This document shows positions 10,411 to 19,325 of a stretch of 64,000 nucleotides of DNA, in pieces. This stretch comes from Clostridiaceae bacterium (lineage in GTDB: Bacteria > Bacillota > Clostridia > Oscillospirales > QAMX01). A program made the position numbers and the translations under genes. The DNA is taken from positions 101,678 to 165,677 of the forward strand of contig JAHAYX010000001.1 in the NCBI GenBank assembly GCA_018384365.1, read 5' to 3'. The notes below the pieces were generated by a model. It was not told the DNA's origin and did not search any database. It saw only the letters and a list, made by a program, of their open reading frames with translations. Position 1 is the stretch's first letter. Each line of letters starts with the position of its first letter.

Positions 10411-10926
10411 ATGGATTTTCTTGCTTTATTTGCAGGCATCCCGCTTGCCGCTATCATACTCTTTGGCATCGGCGTTGTATTGCTGATCATTGAACTGTGT
10501 GTGCCCGGTTTTGGCGTGGCAGGCGTCAGCTCGCTGATCGCATTTGCTCTTGCCATTCTATTCGCAGCCGATACCTTTTTAGAAGGGCTGATCTTTACGG
10601 GCATCGTCCTTCTGGTGATCGCCATCGTCGCGGTCGTGTTCTTAGTCCTTCTTTCAAAGGGAAAGCTTTCCGCGAACTTCATCCTGAAAGCCAAAAATTC
10701 CAACGAAGAGGGATTTTCCAGCGCCGCAGCCGACCTTGCTTTTCTGGTCGGGCGTGAGGGTACCGCGCAGACGACCCTTCGTCCCTCCGGCAGAGCCATG
10801 ATCGACGGCAAAGTTTACGATGTCGTTTCAAGCGGAGATTACATTTCCTCCGGCGATCCCATCCGCGTCATCGACGTAAACAGCAACCGAATCGTCGTGG
10901 CGGAACTCGCCATGGCGAACGTATAA
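10411..10926 (+). CDS. NfeD family membrane protein
   Basis: Three N-terminal TM helices plus a C-terminal OB-like soluble domain (GRAMIDGKVYDVVSSGDYI). It lies directly upstream of floA, as in the Bacillus yqeZ-yqfA arrangement. Confidence 0.8.
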   Translation: MDFLALFAGIPLAAIILFGIGVVLLIIELCVPGFGVAGVSSLIAFALAILFAADTFLEGLIFTGIVLLVIAIVAVVFLVLLSKGKLSANFILKAKNSNEEGFSSAAADLAFLVGREGTAQTTLRPSGRAMIDGKVYDVVSSGDYISSGDPIRVIDVNSNRIVVAELAMANV

Positions 10927-10944
10927 ATATTTGGAGGATTGAAT

Positions 10945-11910
10945 ATGGATACAATCGTAATCATTGTGATACTTCTCGCGATTCTCATTTTCCTGTGCCT
11001 CTTTTTCAGCTTTGTTCCGGTCGCGCTGTGGATCAGCGCGCTCGCCGCAAACGTTCACGTCGGCATTCTCACGCTTGTTGGTATGCGCCTGCGCCGCGTG
11101 ATTCCGTCCAGGATTGTGAACCCGCTGATCAAGGCTACCAAGGCCGGCATTGAGCTTCCCATCAACAAGCTGGAAGCGCACTATCTCGCGGGCGGCAATG
11201 TGGACCGTGTGGTCAACGCCCTGATCGCCGCACAGCGCGCAGACATCCCGTTGGAATTCGAGCGTGCAGCAGCAATTGACCTTGCGGGCCGTGACGTGCT
11301 CGAGGCTGTGCAGATGACCGTCAACCCGAAGGTCATCGAGACGCCGGTTGTTGCCGCCGTGGCGAAGGACGGCATTGAAGTAAAAGCAAAAGCAAAGGTC
11401 ACGGTACGTGCCAACATCGACCGTCTTGTGGGCGGCGCCGGTGAGCAGACGATCATCGCGCGCGTCGGCGAAGGCGTTGTCACGACCATCGGTTCCGCCG
11501 AAACGCATAAAGAAGTGCTTGAAAACCCGGACCGTATCTCGCAGAACGTCCTGATGAAAGGACTGGAGTCCGGTACGGCGTTTGAGATTCTTTCCATTGA
11601 TATCGCGGACGTAGACGTGGGCCGCAACATTGGCGCACAGCTTCAGACCGATCAGGCCGAGGCAGATAAGCGCATTGCACAGGCAAAAGCCGAGGAGCGC
11701 CGCGCGATGGCTGTGGCGCGTGAGCAGGAAATGGTCGCTGCCGTGCAGGAAATGCGTGCAAAAGTCGTGGAAGCAGAGGCGGAAGTGCCAAAAGCCATGG
11801 CCGCCGCGCTGCGTGACGGAAAATTGGGCGTGATGGACTATTATAATATGAAAAATGTGATCGCAGATACGCAAATGCGCAATTCCATCGCCGCTCAACC
11901 GAATGAATAA
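10945..11910 (+). CDS. floA: Flotillin-like protein FloA (UPF0365/YqfA)
   Basis: N-terminal TM segment, then [26 protein letters not shown] and an SPFH-like body with an A/E-rich coiled coil. GGAGGA SD before ATG 10945. Confidence 0.9.
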   Translation: MDTIVIIVILLAILIFLCLFFSFVPVALWISALAANVHVGILTLVGMRLRRVIPSRIVNPLIKATKAGIELPINKLEAHYLAGGNVDRVVNALIAAQRADIPLEFERAAAIDLAGRDVLEAVQMTVNPKVIETPVVAAVAKDGIEVKAKAKVTVRANIDRLVGGAGEQTIIARVGEGVVTTIGSAETHKEVLENPDRISQNVLMKGLESGTAFEILSIDIADVDVGRNIGAQLQTDQAEADKRIAQAKAEERRAMAVAREQEMVAAVQEMRAKVVEAEAEVPKAMAAALRDGKLGVMDYYNMKNVIADTQMRNSIAAQPNE

Positions 11911-11921
11911 GGGTTTTTGTC

Positions 11922-12320
11922 ATGAAACCGAATCATCTTCTTCCGATCAGTGTGTTGTCGGCGATCACGAACACGCAAACTGCCATGAATCAGAGAGTCC
12001 CTATCACCTCGGAAACCTTTGATCCGTTTCAAGGTGAGAAGGCAGAGGCGAAAAAAAGCAGAAAACAGGCAGTATCTGATCCCGTGCCCCCGAAGGGCAC
12101 ACCATCGCAAGTACCTTCGCCTATGGCAGCCAGAGAACCCGCAGATGACGCTTCTCAAGCGGCGCATATGCCGCTCGGCGAACCCGCGAAGGTCTTTCGG
12201 CGCGAGTCTACCGCGGTTCCTCAGCGTTCTGCTTTGGTCACACGGAACCCAGCAGAGCTCCGGCGTGCAGTCATCCTTTCAGAGATCATTGGGCCTCCCC
12301 TTTCCAGGCGCGGCAGATAA
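11922..12320 (+). CDS. Hypothetical proline-rich protein (occupies the yqfB position after floA)
   Basis: ORF only. Weak SD, low-complexity sequence, followed by a strong terminator. Confidence 0.4.
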   Translation: MKPNHLLPISVLSAITNTQTAMNQRVPITSETFDPFQGEKAEAKKSRKQAVSDPVPPKGTPSQVPSPMAAREPADDASQAAHMPLGEPAKVFRRESTAVPQRSALVTRNPAELRRAVILSEIIGPPLSRRGR

Positions 12321-12394
12321 GAGCCATCCGTTCCTCTTCGGATGAGGCCAGCCGGCGTCCGGTTTTGTAAGATATCCCCGACTCAGTAGTGTAA

Positions 12395-12433
12395 CAGCGG
12401 GGCGTTTTGGGAAACGCCCCGCTGTACTTTTTT
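12395..12433 (+). terminator. Rho-independent terminator of the nfeD-floA operon
   Basis: 10-bp GC stem CAGCGGGGCG/CGCCCCGCTG followed by TACTTTTTT. Confidence 0.85.
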
Positions 12434-12624
12434 GCCCAAGCGTCCGGAATGCTCGATCTCAAAGAGCGGTATCTCCCCCGCAAGTAAGAGTCAAATTGGT
12501 CGGCTGTTTGTCCTCGTGCACTCTTAAATCGCGGTTTACCAAGGCGGAAAAAGCAAGAAAAGTGCCCTCCCTCCGGCCGCATTTTCGCTTTCAGAACAGA
12601 GTCTTAACGTTCTCCAATTTTGTA

Positions 12625-12664
12625 TAAATATGCAAAATTCCGCCCCGTGCAAAGCACGGGACGG
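12625..12664 (-). terminator. Terminator downstream of binding-protein paralog 1
   Basis: Stem CCGTCCCGTGC/GCACGGGGCGG (one mismatch), followed on the minus strand by a T-rich tract. Confidence 0.6.
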
Positions 12665-12696
12665 AACTGTAAAATGGCTGTTATCAAAGACAGGAA

Positions 12697-14568
12697 TTAG
12701 TCCTCAATTTCAACAGCGTCACGGCCGATAGCCTCGAGGTAACGGTTGACGCGGGACTGCATCACATTGATGTACTCCTGGAGACCCAGGTTATCATATG
12801 CGAACTGTACCTGCTCGTCGATCGTGTCGGTCGAAATGGTACCGGTGATCATGTTGGTGGTCATCTCGAGGAGGTAGGTCTCCAGCTCAGTCTGATACTG
12901 GGCGACAACTTCAGCCTCTTCCGGAGTAGCCATGGTGGTGTAGGAATAGTAAGCGGTCGGATGATAGAAATCCTTGCCCTGTTCCACGATGTAACGGAGC
13001 ATCTGCTCAGCGCCGGAAATGACATCCTCGCTGACGCCACGCTGCGCGCACCAGGCTTCATGGGTCAGGAAGTCCTGCGCATAAGGCTCGCCAGCATCCA
13101 GTGCAGCCTGAGCGTCATCATAAACGTTGATACGAACGCCCCAGATGTTACCATGGTGGCCGCCGTTGATCGGGAATGCGTTGTTAGCGAGCCAGTAGGT
13201 CTGTGCCGGGCCGTAGCTCTGGAGATCGCCGTCATCAAGAGTATAGTTCGTGATGGAGCCGTCATCATTCCAGTCATAAGCCTTGCCTTCGATACCATGC
13301 TTGAAGATCATGTAGGTATCCTGGCAGCAGAGGAAGTCCATGAAAGTACCAGCAGCCTGGTAGTCACAGTCAACAGCAAAAGAGAAGCCAACGAACGGAG
13401 CCTGGGATTCCTGAATCAGCAGACGCGGCTCAACACCCTCAACAGCCTGAACGATCGGCATCGGATAGTACATGCTGTTCGGGTCGCCAGTGTTCCAGAA
13501 CTGCAGGTTGCCCGGCATCATGCCGATAGCAGCGATATTGTTCGCACCGATAGCGGTTGCGTTGCCCCACGGATGCGTGCCTTCCACGTATACGAGGTTG
13601 TTGGAGTACAGCAGGTTCATGTATTCGCAGAACTCTTTGTAACCTTCGGTCAGGCAGGAAACTTCGATCACGCCGGTTGCAGGATCTTCAATGAAGTCCT
13701 GATACGGCAGACCAAACCACTGACCAACGCCGGAGGTCTGGAACTTGCTGCCCAGCTGGCCAATGTAACGTTCTTCAGCGGAACCGGAGCCGTTCACATC
13801 CTGCTCCTGGAAGGTCTTCAGCATCTCGAAGAACTCATCCGTATTAGTAGGCATGGAGAGGGAGCACTTGTCAAGCCAATCCTGACGGACGCAAACAGAG
13901 TATGCACCGTGGATCTGGCCGTTTGCACGCAGATTGTACTTGGAGTTGGAGTAATCGAAGGAAGAAGCAGTGGTGTTGGGCAGCGGTACATAATACCAGT
14001 TGCCGTCAGCAACCGTTGCAAATGCCTTCAGGTACAGGAGCTGACCTTCCGTGTTGTAGTAACCCTTGGAGGAACCATCGGAGTACTCCAGGATGTCATC
14101 AACTGAAGCCAGACGGCCGGCCGCGATCAGCTGGTTCAGCGTCGTGTCATCGAGGATTTCACGAGTATTGAACATATCCGGCAGGGTGTTTGCTGCGATG
14201 TAACCACTCAGGGTGGTCAGATACGCATCAGAGAAAATGATGGACCACTTATAGTCGAGGTTGTAGTCGTTGGTGACGACATCCATAAGAGCCTCGTAAG
14301 TGGCGAAGTGCTGATCTCTGGCCTCTTCAGCAGTTGCATAGACGTTGCCGCCCTGGCTGCCGAGCCATTCGATCGTGCGCTTTTCGGTTTCTGCGGGGTT
14401 GTCTTTTCCGTCATCGCCGGTATCAGCAGTGTTGCCCTGATCGGCGGTGTCGGAGGTGTTGCCCTTGTCATCACTGGGCTGCTTCGTGTCATTCTGCGCG
14501 CAAGCGCTGAACAGCGTAACCAGCATGAGAACAGCGATGAGCAGGCAAACCAAACGCTTTGTGTTCAT
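12697..14568 (-). CDS. Large extracellular solute-binding lipoprotein (carbohydrate ABC type), paralog 1
   Basis: Signal peptide with lipobox LFSAC, a D/G/T/K-rich linker and a roughly 560-aa binding-protein body. Start set at MNTKRL (AAGGAGG SD). Confidence 0.8.
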   Translation of the reverse strand: MNTKRLVCLLIAVLMLVTLFSACAQNDTKQPSDDKGNTSDTADQGNTADTGDDGKDNPAETEKRTIEWLGSQGGNVYATAEEARDQHFATYEALMDVVTNDYNLDYKWSIIFSDAYLTTLSGYIAANTLPDMFNTREILDDTTLNQLIAAGRLASVDDILEYSDGSSKGYYNTEGQLLYLKAFATVADGNWYYVPLPNTTASSFDYSNSKYNLRANGQIHGAYSVCVRQDWLDKCSLSMPTNTDEFFEMLKTFQEQDVNGSGSAEERYIGQLGSKFQTSGVGQWFGLPYQDFIEDPATGVIEVSCLTEGYKEFCEYMNLLYSNNLVYVEGTHPWGNATAIGANNIAAIGMMPGNLQFWNTGDPNSMYYPMPIVQAVEGVEPRLLIQESQAPFVGFSFAVDCDYQAAGTFMDFLCCQDTYMIFKHGIEGKAYDWNDDGSITNYTLDDGDLQSYGPAQTYWLANNAFPINGGHHGNIWGVRINVYDDAQAALDAGEPYAQDFLTHEAWCAQRGVSEDVISGAEQMLRYIVEQGKDFYHPTAYYSYTTMATPEEAEVVAQYQTELETYLLEMTTNMITGTISTDTIDEQVQFAYDNLGLQEYINVMQSRVNRYLEAIGRDAVEIED

Positions 14569-14596
14569 AGTTTTGCCTCCTTGACAAAAATGTTTT

Positions 14597-14629
14597 TGCA
14601 CATAAACCACAAAAAGTGGTTTATGTGCA
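14597..14629 (-). promoter_or_regulatory. Perfect 14-bp-arm palindrome in the 5' UTR of paralog 1
   Basis: TGCACATAAACCAC-aaaaa-GTGGTTTATGTGCA, between the predicted promoter and the SD. Confidence 0.6.
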
Positions 14630-14650
14630 TTTACTGAAGACTGCCCACAT

Positions 14651-14679
14651 AGTGTATACGAAACTTAACAAAAAGTCAA
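14651..14679 (-). promoter_or_regulatory. Sigma-A-type promoter of paralog 1
   Basis: On the minus strand, TTGACT (14679-14674), 17 nt, TACACT (14656-14651). Confidence 0.5.
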
Positions 14680-14844
14680 CAAGCAGTTTTTGAACAAATT
14701 TTACCTTGCTGAAATTTTCAAAGCTTCTTATTTTTACAGCTACTTATTTGAACTTTTTGTCATAGAAGGAGTTAAGGTTCTTTTCACCGCCATTTTTCAT
14801 CGTTTTTCAGCTTGATTTCAGGTCATATTCTGCTAAAAATGCAC

Positions 14845-14886
14845 AACAACAATATAAGCGCCCCATATGTTTCGCATATGGGGCGC
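14845..14886 (-). terminator. Terminator downstream of paralog 2
   Basis: 12-bp stem GCGCCCCATATG/CATATGGGGCGC (14858-14886), followed on the minus strand by a T-rich tract. Confidence 0.75.
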
Positions 14887-14923
14887 TTCGCAATTGAATT
14901 TTCGATTCGTCTTTGAAACTCAA

Positions 14924-16792
14924 TTATTTGATTTCAACAGGATCGCGGCCGATAGCCTCGAGGTAACGGTTGACGCGGGACTGCATCACATTGATGTACT
15001 CCTGGAAGCCCAGGTTATCAAATGCGAACTGTACCTGCTCGTCGATCGTGTCGGTCGAAACGGTACCGGTGATCATGTTGGTGGTCATCTCGAGGAGGTA
15101 GGTCTCCAGCTCGGTCTGATACTGGGCGACAACAGCTGCCTCGTCCGGAGTAGCCATGGTGGTGTAGGAATAGTAAGCGGTCGGATGATAGAAGTCCTTG
15201 CCCTGTTCCTTGATGTAGAGAAGCATCTGCTCAGCGCCGGAAATGACATCCTCGCTGACACCGCGCTGCTCGCACCAACCCTCGTGGGTCAGGAAGTCCT
15301 GCGCATAGGGCTCGCCGGCTGCAAGAGCGGTATCAACATCATCATAAACGTTCTTACGAACGCCCCAGATGTTACCATGGTGACCGCCGTTGATCGGGAA
15401 GGCGTTATTGGACAGCCAGTAGGTCTGTGCCGGGCCGTAGCTCTGCAGATCGCCATCGCCGAGCGTGTAGTTGGTGATGGAACCATCGTCGTTCCAGTCA
15501 TATGCCTTGCCTTCGATACCATGCTTGAAGATCATGTAGGTATCCTGGCAGCAGAGGAAGTCCATGAAAGTACCAGCAGCCTGGTAGTCGCAGTCAACAG
15601 CAAAAGAGAATCCAACGAACGGAGCCTGGGATTCCTGAACCAGCAGACGCGGCTCAATACCCTCAACAGCCTGAACGATCGGCATCGGATAGTACATGCT
15701 GTTCGGATCGCCGGTGTTCCAGAACTGCAGGTTGCCCGGCATCATGCCGATAGCAGCGATGTTGTTCGCACCGATCGCAGTAGCGTTGCCCCACGGATGC
15801 GTACCCTCAACATAAACGAGGTTATCCGTGTACAGCAGGTTCATGTATTCGCAGAACTCTTTGTAACCGTCAGTCAGGCAGGAAACTTCGATCACACCAG
15901 TAGCCGGATCTTCAATGAAGTCCTGATACGGCAGACCAAACCACTGGCCAACACCGGAGGTCTGGAACTTGCTGCCCAGCTGGCCAATGTAGCGCTCTTC
16001 AGCAGAACCGGAACCGTTCACATCCTGCTCCTGGAAAGTTTTGAGCATCTCATAGAACTCGGTGGTGTTGGTCGGCATGGCGAGGGAGCACTTGTCAAGC
16101 CAATCCTGACGGACGCAAACAGAGTATGCACCGTGGATCTGGCCATTTGCACGCATGCTGTACTTGGAGTTGGAGAAGTCGAAGGAAGAAGAGGTGGTGT
16201 TGGGCAGCGGTACATAGTACCAGTTGCCATCAGCAACCGTTGCAAATGCCTTCAGGTACAGGAGCTGGCCTTCCGTGTTGTAGTAACCCTTGGAGGAACC
16301 ATCGGAGTACTCCAGGATATCATCAACGGAAGCCAGACGGCCGGCCTCGATCAGCTGGTTCAGCGTCGTGTCATCGAGGAGTTCACGGGTATTGAACATA
16401 TCCGGCAGGGTGTTTGCTGCGATGTAACCACTCAGGGTGGTCAGATACGCATCGGAGAAAATGATGGACCACTTATAGTCGAGGTTGAAGTCGTTGGTGA
16501 CGACATCCATAAGAGCCTCGTAAGTGGCAAAGTGCTGATCTCTGGCTTCTTCAGCAGTTGCATAGACGTTGCCGCCCTGGCTGCCGAGCCATTCGATCGT
16601 GCGCTTCTCGGTTTCTGCGGGGTTGTCTTTTCCGTCATCGCCGGTATCTTCGGTATTACCCTTATCGGCGGTGTCGGAGGTGTTGCCCTTGTCATCACTG
16701 GGCTGCTTCGTGTCATTCTGCGCGCACGCGCTGAACAGCGTAACCAGCATGAGAACAGCGATGAGCAGGCAAACCAAACGCTTTGTGTTCAT
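14924..16792 (-). CDS. Large extracellular solute-binding lipoprotein, paralog 2
   Basis: It shares the signal peptide and lipobox of paralog 1 and is about 93-94% identical to it by eye across the whole length. Confidence 0.8.
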   Translation of the reverse strand: MNTKRLVCLLIAVLMLVTLFSACAQNDTKQPSDDKGNTSDTADKGNTEDTGDDGKDNPAETEKRTIEWLGSQGGNVYATAEEARDQHFATYEALMDVVTNDFNLDYKWSIIFSDAYLTTLSGYIAANTLPDMFNTRELLDDTTLNQLIEAGRLASVDDILEYSDGSSKGYYNTEGQLLYLKAFATVADGNWYYVPLPNTTSSSFDFSNSKYSMRANGQIHGAYSVCVRQDWLDKCSLAMPTNTTEFYEMLKTFQEQDVNGSGSAEERYIGQLGSKFQTSGVGQWFGLPYQDFIEDPATGVIEVSCLTDGYKEFCEYMNLLYTDNLVYVEGTHPWGNATAIGANNIAAIGMMPGNLQFWNTGDPNSMYYPMPIVQAVEGIEPRLLVQESQAPFVGFSFAVDCDYQAAGTFMDFLCCQDTYMIFKHGIEGKAYDWNDDGSITNYTLGDGDLQSYGPAQTYWLSNNAFPINGGHHGNIWGVRKNVYDDVDTALAAGEPYAQDFLTHEGWCEQRGVSEDVISGAEQMLLYIKEQGKDFYHPTAYYSYTTMATPDEAAVVAQYQTELETYLLEMTTNMITGTVSTDTIDEQVQFAFDNLGFQEYINVMQSRVNRYLEAIGRDPVEIK

Positions 16793-16813
16793 AGTTTTGC
16801 CTCCTTAATTTTT

Positions 16814-16846
16814 TTGTTCACAATAATTCTAATATAGTGTGAACAA
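16814..16846 (-). promoter_or_regulatory. Inverted repeat in the 5' UTR of paralog 2
   Basis: TTGTTCACA-N15-TGTGAACAA. The same arms recur upstream of paralog 3. Confidence 0.55.
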
Positions 16847-16865
16847 TCTGTAAGTAACGTTATTC

Positions 16866-16894
16866 AGTATAGCGGGTTTGTCGTAGAAAGTCAA
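16866..16894 (-). promoter_or_regulatory. Sigma-A-type promoter of paralog 2
   Basis: On the minus strand, TTGACT, 17 nt, TATACT. Confidence 0.65.
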
Positions 16895-16901
16895 CGAAAA
16901 T

Positions 16902-16918
16902 TTCAAACTTTCATAACA
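16902..16918 (-). promoter_or_regulatory. Conserved 17-nt box 7 nt upstream of the -35 (paralog 2)
   Basis: Sense TGTTATGAAAGTTTGAA. It is identical in sequence and spacing to 19094-19110. Confidence 0.55.
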
Positions 16919-17030
16919 TCTTGCACGCATGTTCCAATTTTTTCTTGGAATATAGATTTTTTCGGAAATTATGTTCATGGAATGACAGTTCTGGGCGTAT
17001 TCCCATATACAGATATCATTTCATTCATAC

Positions 17031-17064
17031 GAGAAAAAGCCCCGTATGTTTTCACATACGGGGC
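17031..17064 (-). terminator. Terminator downstream of paralog 3
   Basis: 11-bp stem GCCCCGTATGT/ACATACGGGGC flanked by A- and T-runs. Confidence 0.75.
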
Positions 17065-17103
17065 TTTCTTAGTCGCACGAAGCGACGATTCGTTAAGAAT
17101 CAA

Positions 17104-18981
17104 TTATTTGATCTCAACAACCGGACGGCCCAAGGTCTCGAGGAAGCGGTTAACACGAGCCTGCATGACATTGATGTACTCCTGGAGGCCCAGGTTGTCA
17201 TATGCGGACTGTACCTGCTCGTCGATCGAGTCGATGGAGATGGAGCCGGTGATCAGGCCGGTGGTCAGCTCACGGAGGAAGGTCTTAAGGTCGGTATCGT
17301 ACATTGCGATGACCTCAGCCTCTTCGTTGGTGGCCATGGTGGTGTAGGAATAGTAAGCAGTCGGACGGTAGTTGTTCGGATTTTCCACGAGGTAATGCAG
17401 CATCACTTCGGAGCCGGCGATCATGGTGTCGGTCACAGGCTTGTTGGCAGCTGCCTGAAGCTCACGCCAGGATTCGATGGTCTGATTGTCCTGCGCATAA
17501 GGCTCGCCGGCATCCAGTGCATCCTGAGCATTGTCATAAACGTTCTTGATCGGAGCCCAGAGGTTGCCGTGGTGGGCGCCGTTGATCGGGAACAGGGAGT
17601 TGTTCAGCCAATAGGTACCGGCCGCGCCGGCGCTGTGGAGCTCGTCCTCGCTTGGCAGAACATACTGGATGAAGTTGCCGTTCTCATCATAGTCCCAAGC
17701 CTTGCCTTCAATACCATATTTGAAGGTCATGAAGGTATCCTGGCAGCAGAGGAAATCCATGAAGCTACCGGCTGCCTGGTAGTCGCACTTGGAGGAGAAG
17801 GAGAAGCCGGTGAAGAATGCCTTGGATTCCTGAATCAGCAGACGCGGCTCAACGCCTTCCACGCCCTGAACAATAGGCATCGGCATATAGTAGCCATTCG
17901 GATCGGTGCAGTTCCAGAACTGCAGGTTGCCCGGCATCATGCCGATAGCGGATACAACGTCAGCAGCGATCGTGGTGCCGTTGCCCCACGGATGCGTGCC
18001 TTCCACATAAACCAGATTGTTGTTGTAAATCTTGTTCATGTAGGTGCAGAACTCTGCATAACCGTCAGTCAGAGCGGAAACTTCGATTTCACCGGTGGAC
18101 GGATCTTCAATGAAGTCGGTGTACGGCAGGCCGAACCACTGGCCGATACCGGAGGTCTGGAAGTCACTGCCGAGGAGGCCGATGTAACGCTCATCAGCGG
18201 AGCCGTTGCCGTTCGCATCTTCATCCTGGAACTTCTTGATGACCTCAAAGAACTCATCCGTGGTGGTCGGCATTGCAAGGCCGAGCTTGTCGAGCCAGTC
18301 CTGACGGACGCAGACTGCGTATGCACCGTGGATCTGACCATCCGCACGGGTGTTGTACTTATCTGTGGAGAAGTCGAGGGAGGAACCGGTGGTGTTGGGC
18401 AGCGGTACATAATACCAATTGCCGTCATCAACCGTTGCGTATGCCTTCAGGTACAGAAGAGCATCCGGATCATTGTAGTAGCCCTTGGAGGAACCGTCGG
18501 AGTACTCCAGGACATCATCCAGGGAAGCCAGACTGCCGCCGGCGATCAGCTGCAGGATCTGCTGATCGGAGAGGATCTCACGGGTATTGAACATATCCGG
18601 GAGATTGCCGCCTGCGATCATACCGTTCAGGGTGTTCAGGTAAGCTTCCTGGTAGACGCAGTTGTAAACGTAGTCAACATTGTACGTATTGGTGACGAGA
18701 TCCATCAGGTGCTGGAAAGTTTCAAAGCCTTCGATTTCGTCGTTCGTGTAGTTTGCATTGTAACTACCGAGCCACTCAAGAGGAGCCTTTTCAACTTCAG
18801 CAGGGCCATCGTCGGTCGTGCCCTTGTCGTCAGAGCCCTTATCATTGGAGCCCTTGTCGTCAGAGGTCGAGGTGCTGCCCTTGTCATCCGCAGGCTTCTT
18901 ATCGCTCTGTGCGCACGCGCTGAACAGCGTGACCAGCATAAGAACCGCAATGAGCAGGCAAAGCAAACGTTTTGTGTTCAT
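17104..18981 (-). CDS. Large extracellular solute-binding lipoprotein, paralog 3 (diverged)
   Basis: Same lipobox (LFSAC) and overall architecture, roughly 70% identical to paralogs 1 and 2 by eye. Start set at MNTKRLL (AAGGAGG SD). Confidence 0.8.
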   Translation of the reverse strand: MNTKRLLCLLIAVLMLVTLFSACAQSDKKPADDKGSTSTSDDKGSNDKGSDDKGTTDDGPAEVEKAPLEWLGSYNANYTNDEIEGFETFQHLMDLVTNTYNVDYVYNCVYQEAYLNTLNGMIAGGNLPDMFNTREILSDQQILQLIAGGSLASLDDVLEYSDGSSKGYYNDPDALLYLKAYATVDDGNWYYVPLPNTTGSSLDFSTDKYNTRADGQIHGAYAVCVRQDWLDKLGLAMPTTTDEFFEVIKKFQDEDANGNGSADERYIGLLGSDFQTSGIGQWFGLPYTDFIEDPSTGEIEVSALTDGYAEFCTYMNKIYNNNLVYVEGTHPWGNGTTIAADVVSAIGMMPGNLQFWNCTDPNGYYMPMPIVQGVEGVEPRLLIQESKAFFTGFSFSSKCDYQAAGSFMDFLCCQDTFMTFKYGIEGKAWDYDENGNFIQYVLPSEDELHSAGAAGTYWLNNSLFPINGAHHGNLWAPIKNVYDNAQDALDAGEPYAQDNQTIESWRELQAAANKPVTDTMIAGSEVMLHYLVENPNNYRPTAYYSYTTMATNEEAEVIAMYDTDLKTFLRELTTGLITGSISIDSIDEQVQSAYDNLGLQEYINVMQARVNRFLETLGRPVVEIK

Positions 18982-19005
18982 GCTATTTCCTCCTTGTTTT
19001 TTGTT

Positions 19006-19037
19006 TTGTTCACAAGATATAAAAATATTGTGAACAA
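19006..19037 (-). promoter_or_regulatory. Inverted repeat in the 5' UTR of paralog 3
   Basis: TTGTTCACAA-N12-TTGTGAACAA. Confidence 0.55.
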
Positions 19038-19057
19038 TAATCGAATAACGTAAATTC

Positions 19058-19086
19058 ATTATACCGGCCTTTACATGAAATGTCAA
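19058..19086 (-). promoter_or_regulatory. Consensus sigma-A promoter of paralog 3
   Basis: On the minus strand, TTGACA, 17 nt, TATAAT. Both hexamers are perfect. Confidence 0.75.
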
Positions 19087-19093
19087 CACAAAC

Positions 19094-19110
19094 TTCAAAC
19101 TTTCATAACA
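19094..19110 (-). promoter_or_regulatory. Conserved 17-nt box 7 nt upstream of the -35 (paralog 3)
   Basis: Sense TGTTATGAAAGTTTGAA, identical to the box upstream of paralog 2. Confidence 0.55.
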
Positions 19111-19220
19111 CTTTGAATGCCTATTCTCATTTAGTTCATTTTTAGCTCCTGTTTCAGGAAAATATATTCAATCTTCTAATGGTTCGATTGCCCGCTCCAT
19201 GCGCAATTTCTCAGGCATAT

Positions 19221-19260
19221 ATAAAAACACCCCCCGATGTGACAAAGCACATCGGGGGGT
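19221..19260 (-). terminator. Terminator downstream of the SDR gene
   Basis: 13-bp stem ACCCCCCGATGTG/CACATCGGGGGGT followed by a T-run on the minus strand. Confidence 0.8.
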
Positions 19261-19325
19261 AACTGGCAATTCAACGCCCTTGCAGCCATTCTGACTTCAT
19301 AGAAAAGAAGCAGAAGGGCGTTCCG

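Larger units (their letters stand above)
12697..16792 (-). repeat. Tandem direct duplication (two ~1.9-kb gene copies, ~2.23-kb period)
   Basis: Long runs of identical nucleotides, for example 12717-12800 vs 14944-15027. The intergenic and promoter regions differ. Confidence 0.9.

Noticed and set aside
14708-14720. TGAAAATTTCA-type palindromes as catabolite-responsive (cre) CcpA sites
   Set aside because: cre sites are 14-mers with a central CG (TGWAANCGNTNWCA). These palindromes are 11-12 nt and lack the central CG, so they are more likely sites for a different regulator.
14867-19053. Very long + strand ORFs (656 aa at 14867..16837, 710 aa at 16921..19053, and also 381 aa at 12961..14106) opposite the binding-protein genes
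   Set aside because: They are antisense shadows of strongly codon-biased minus-strand genes. Their composition is V/G/R/H-rich and low-complexity, they have no SD, and they span the real genes' promoters and terminators. The minus-strand products have clear signal peptides and lipoboxes.
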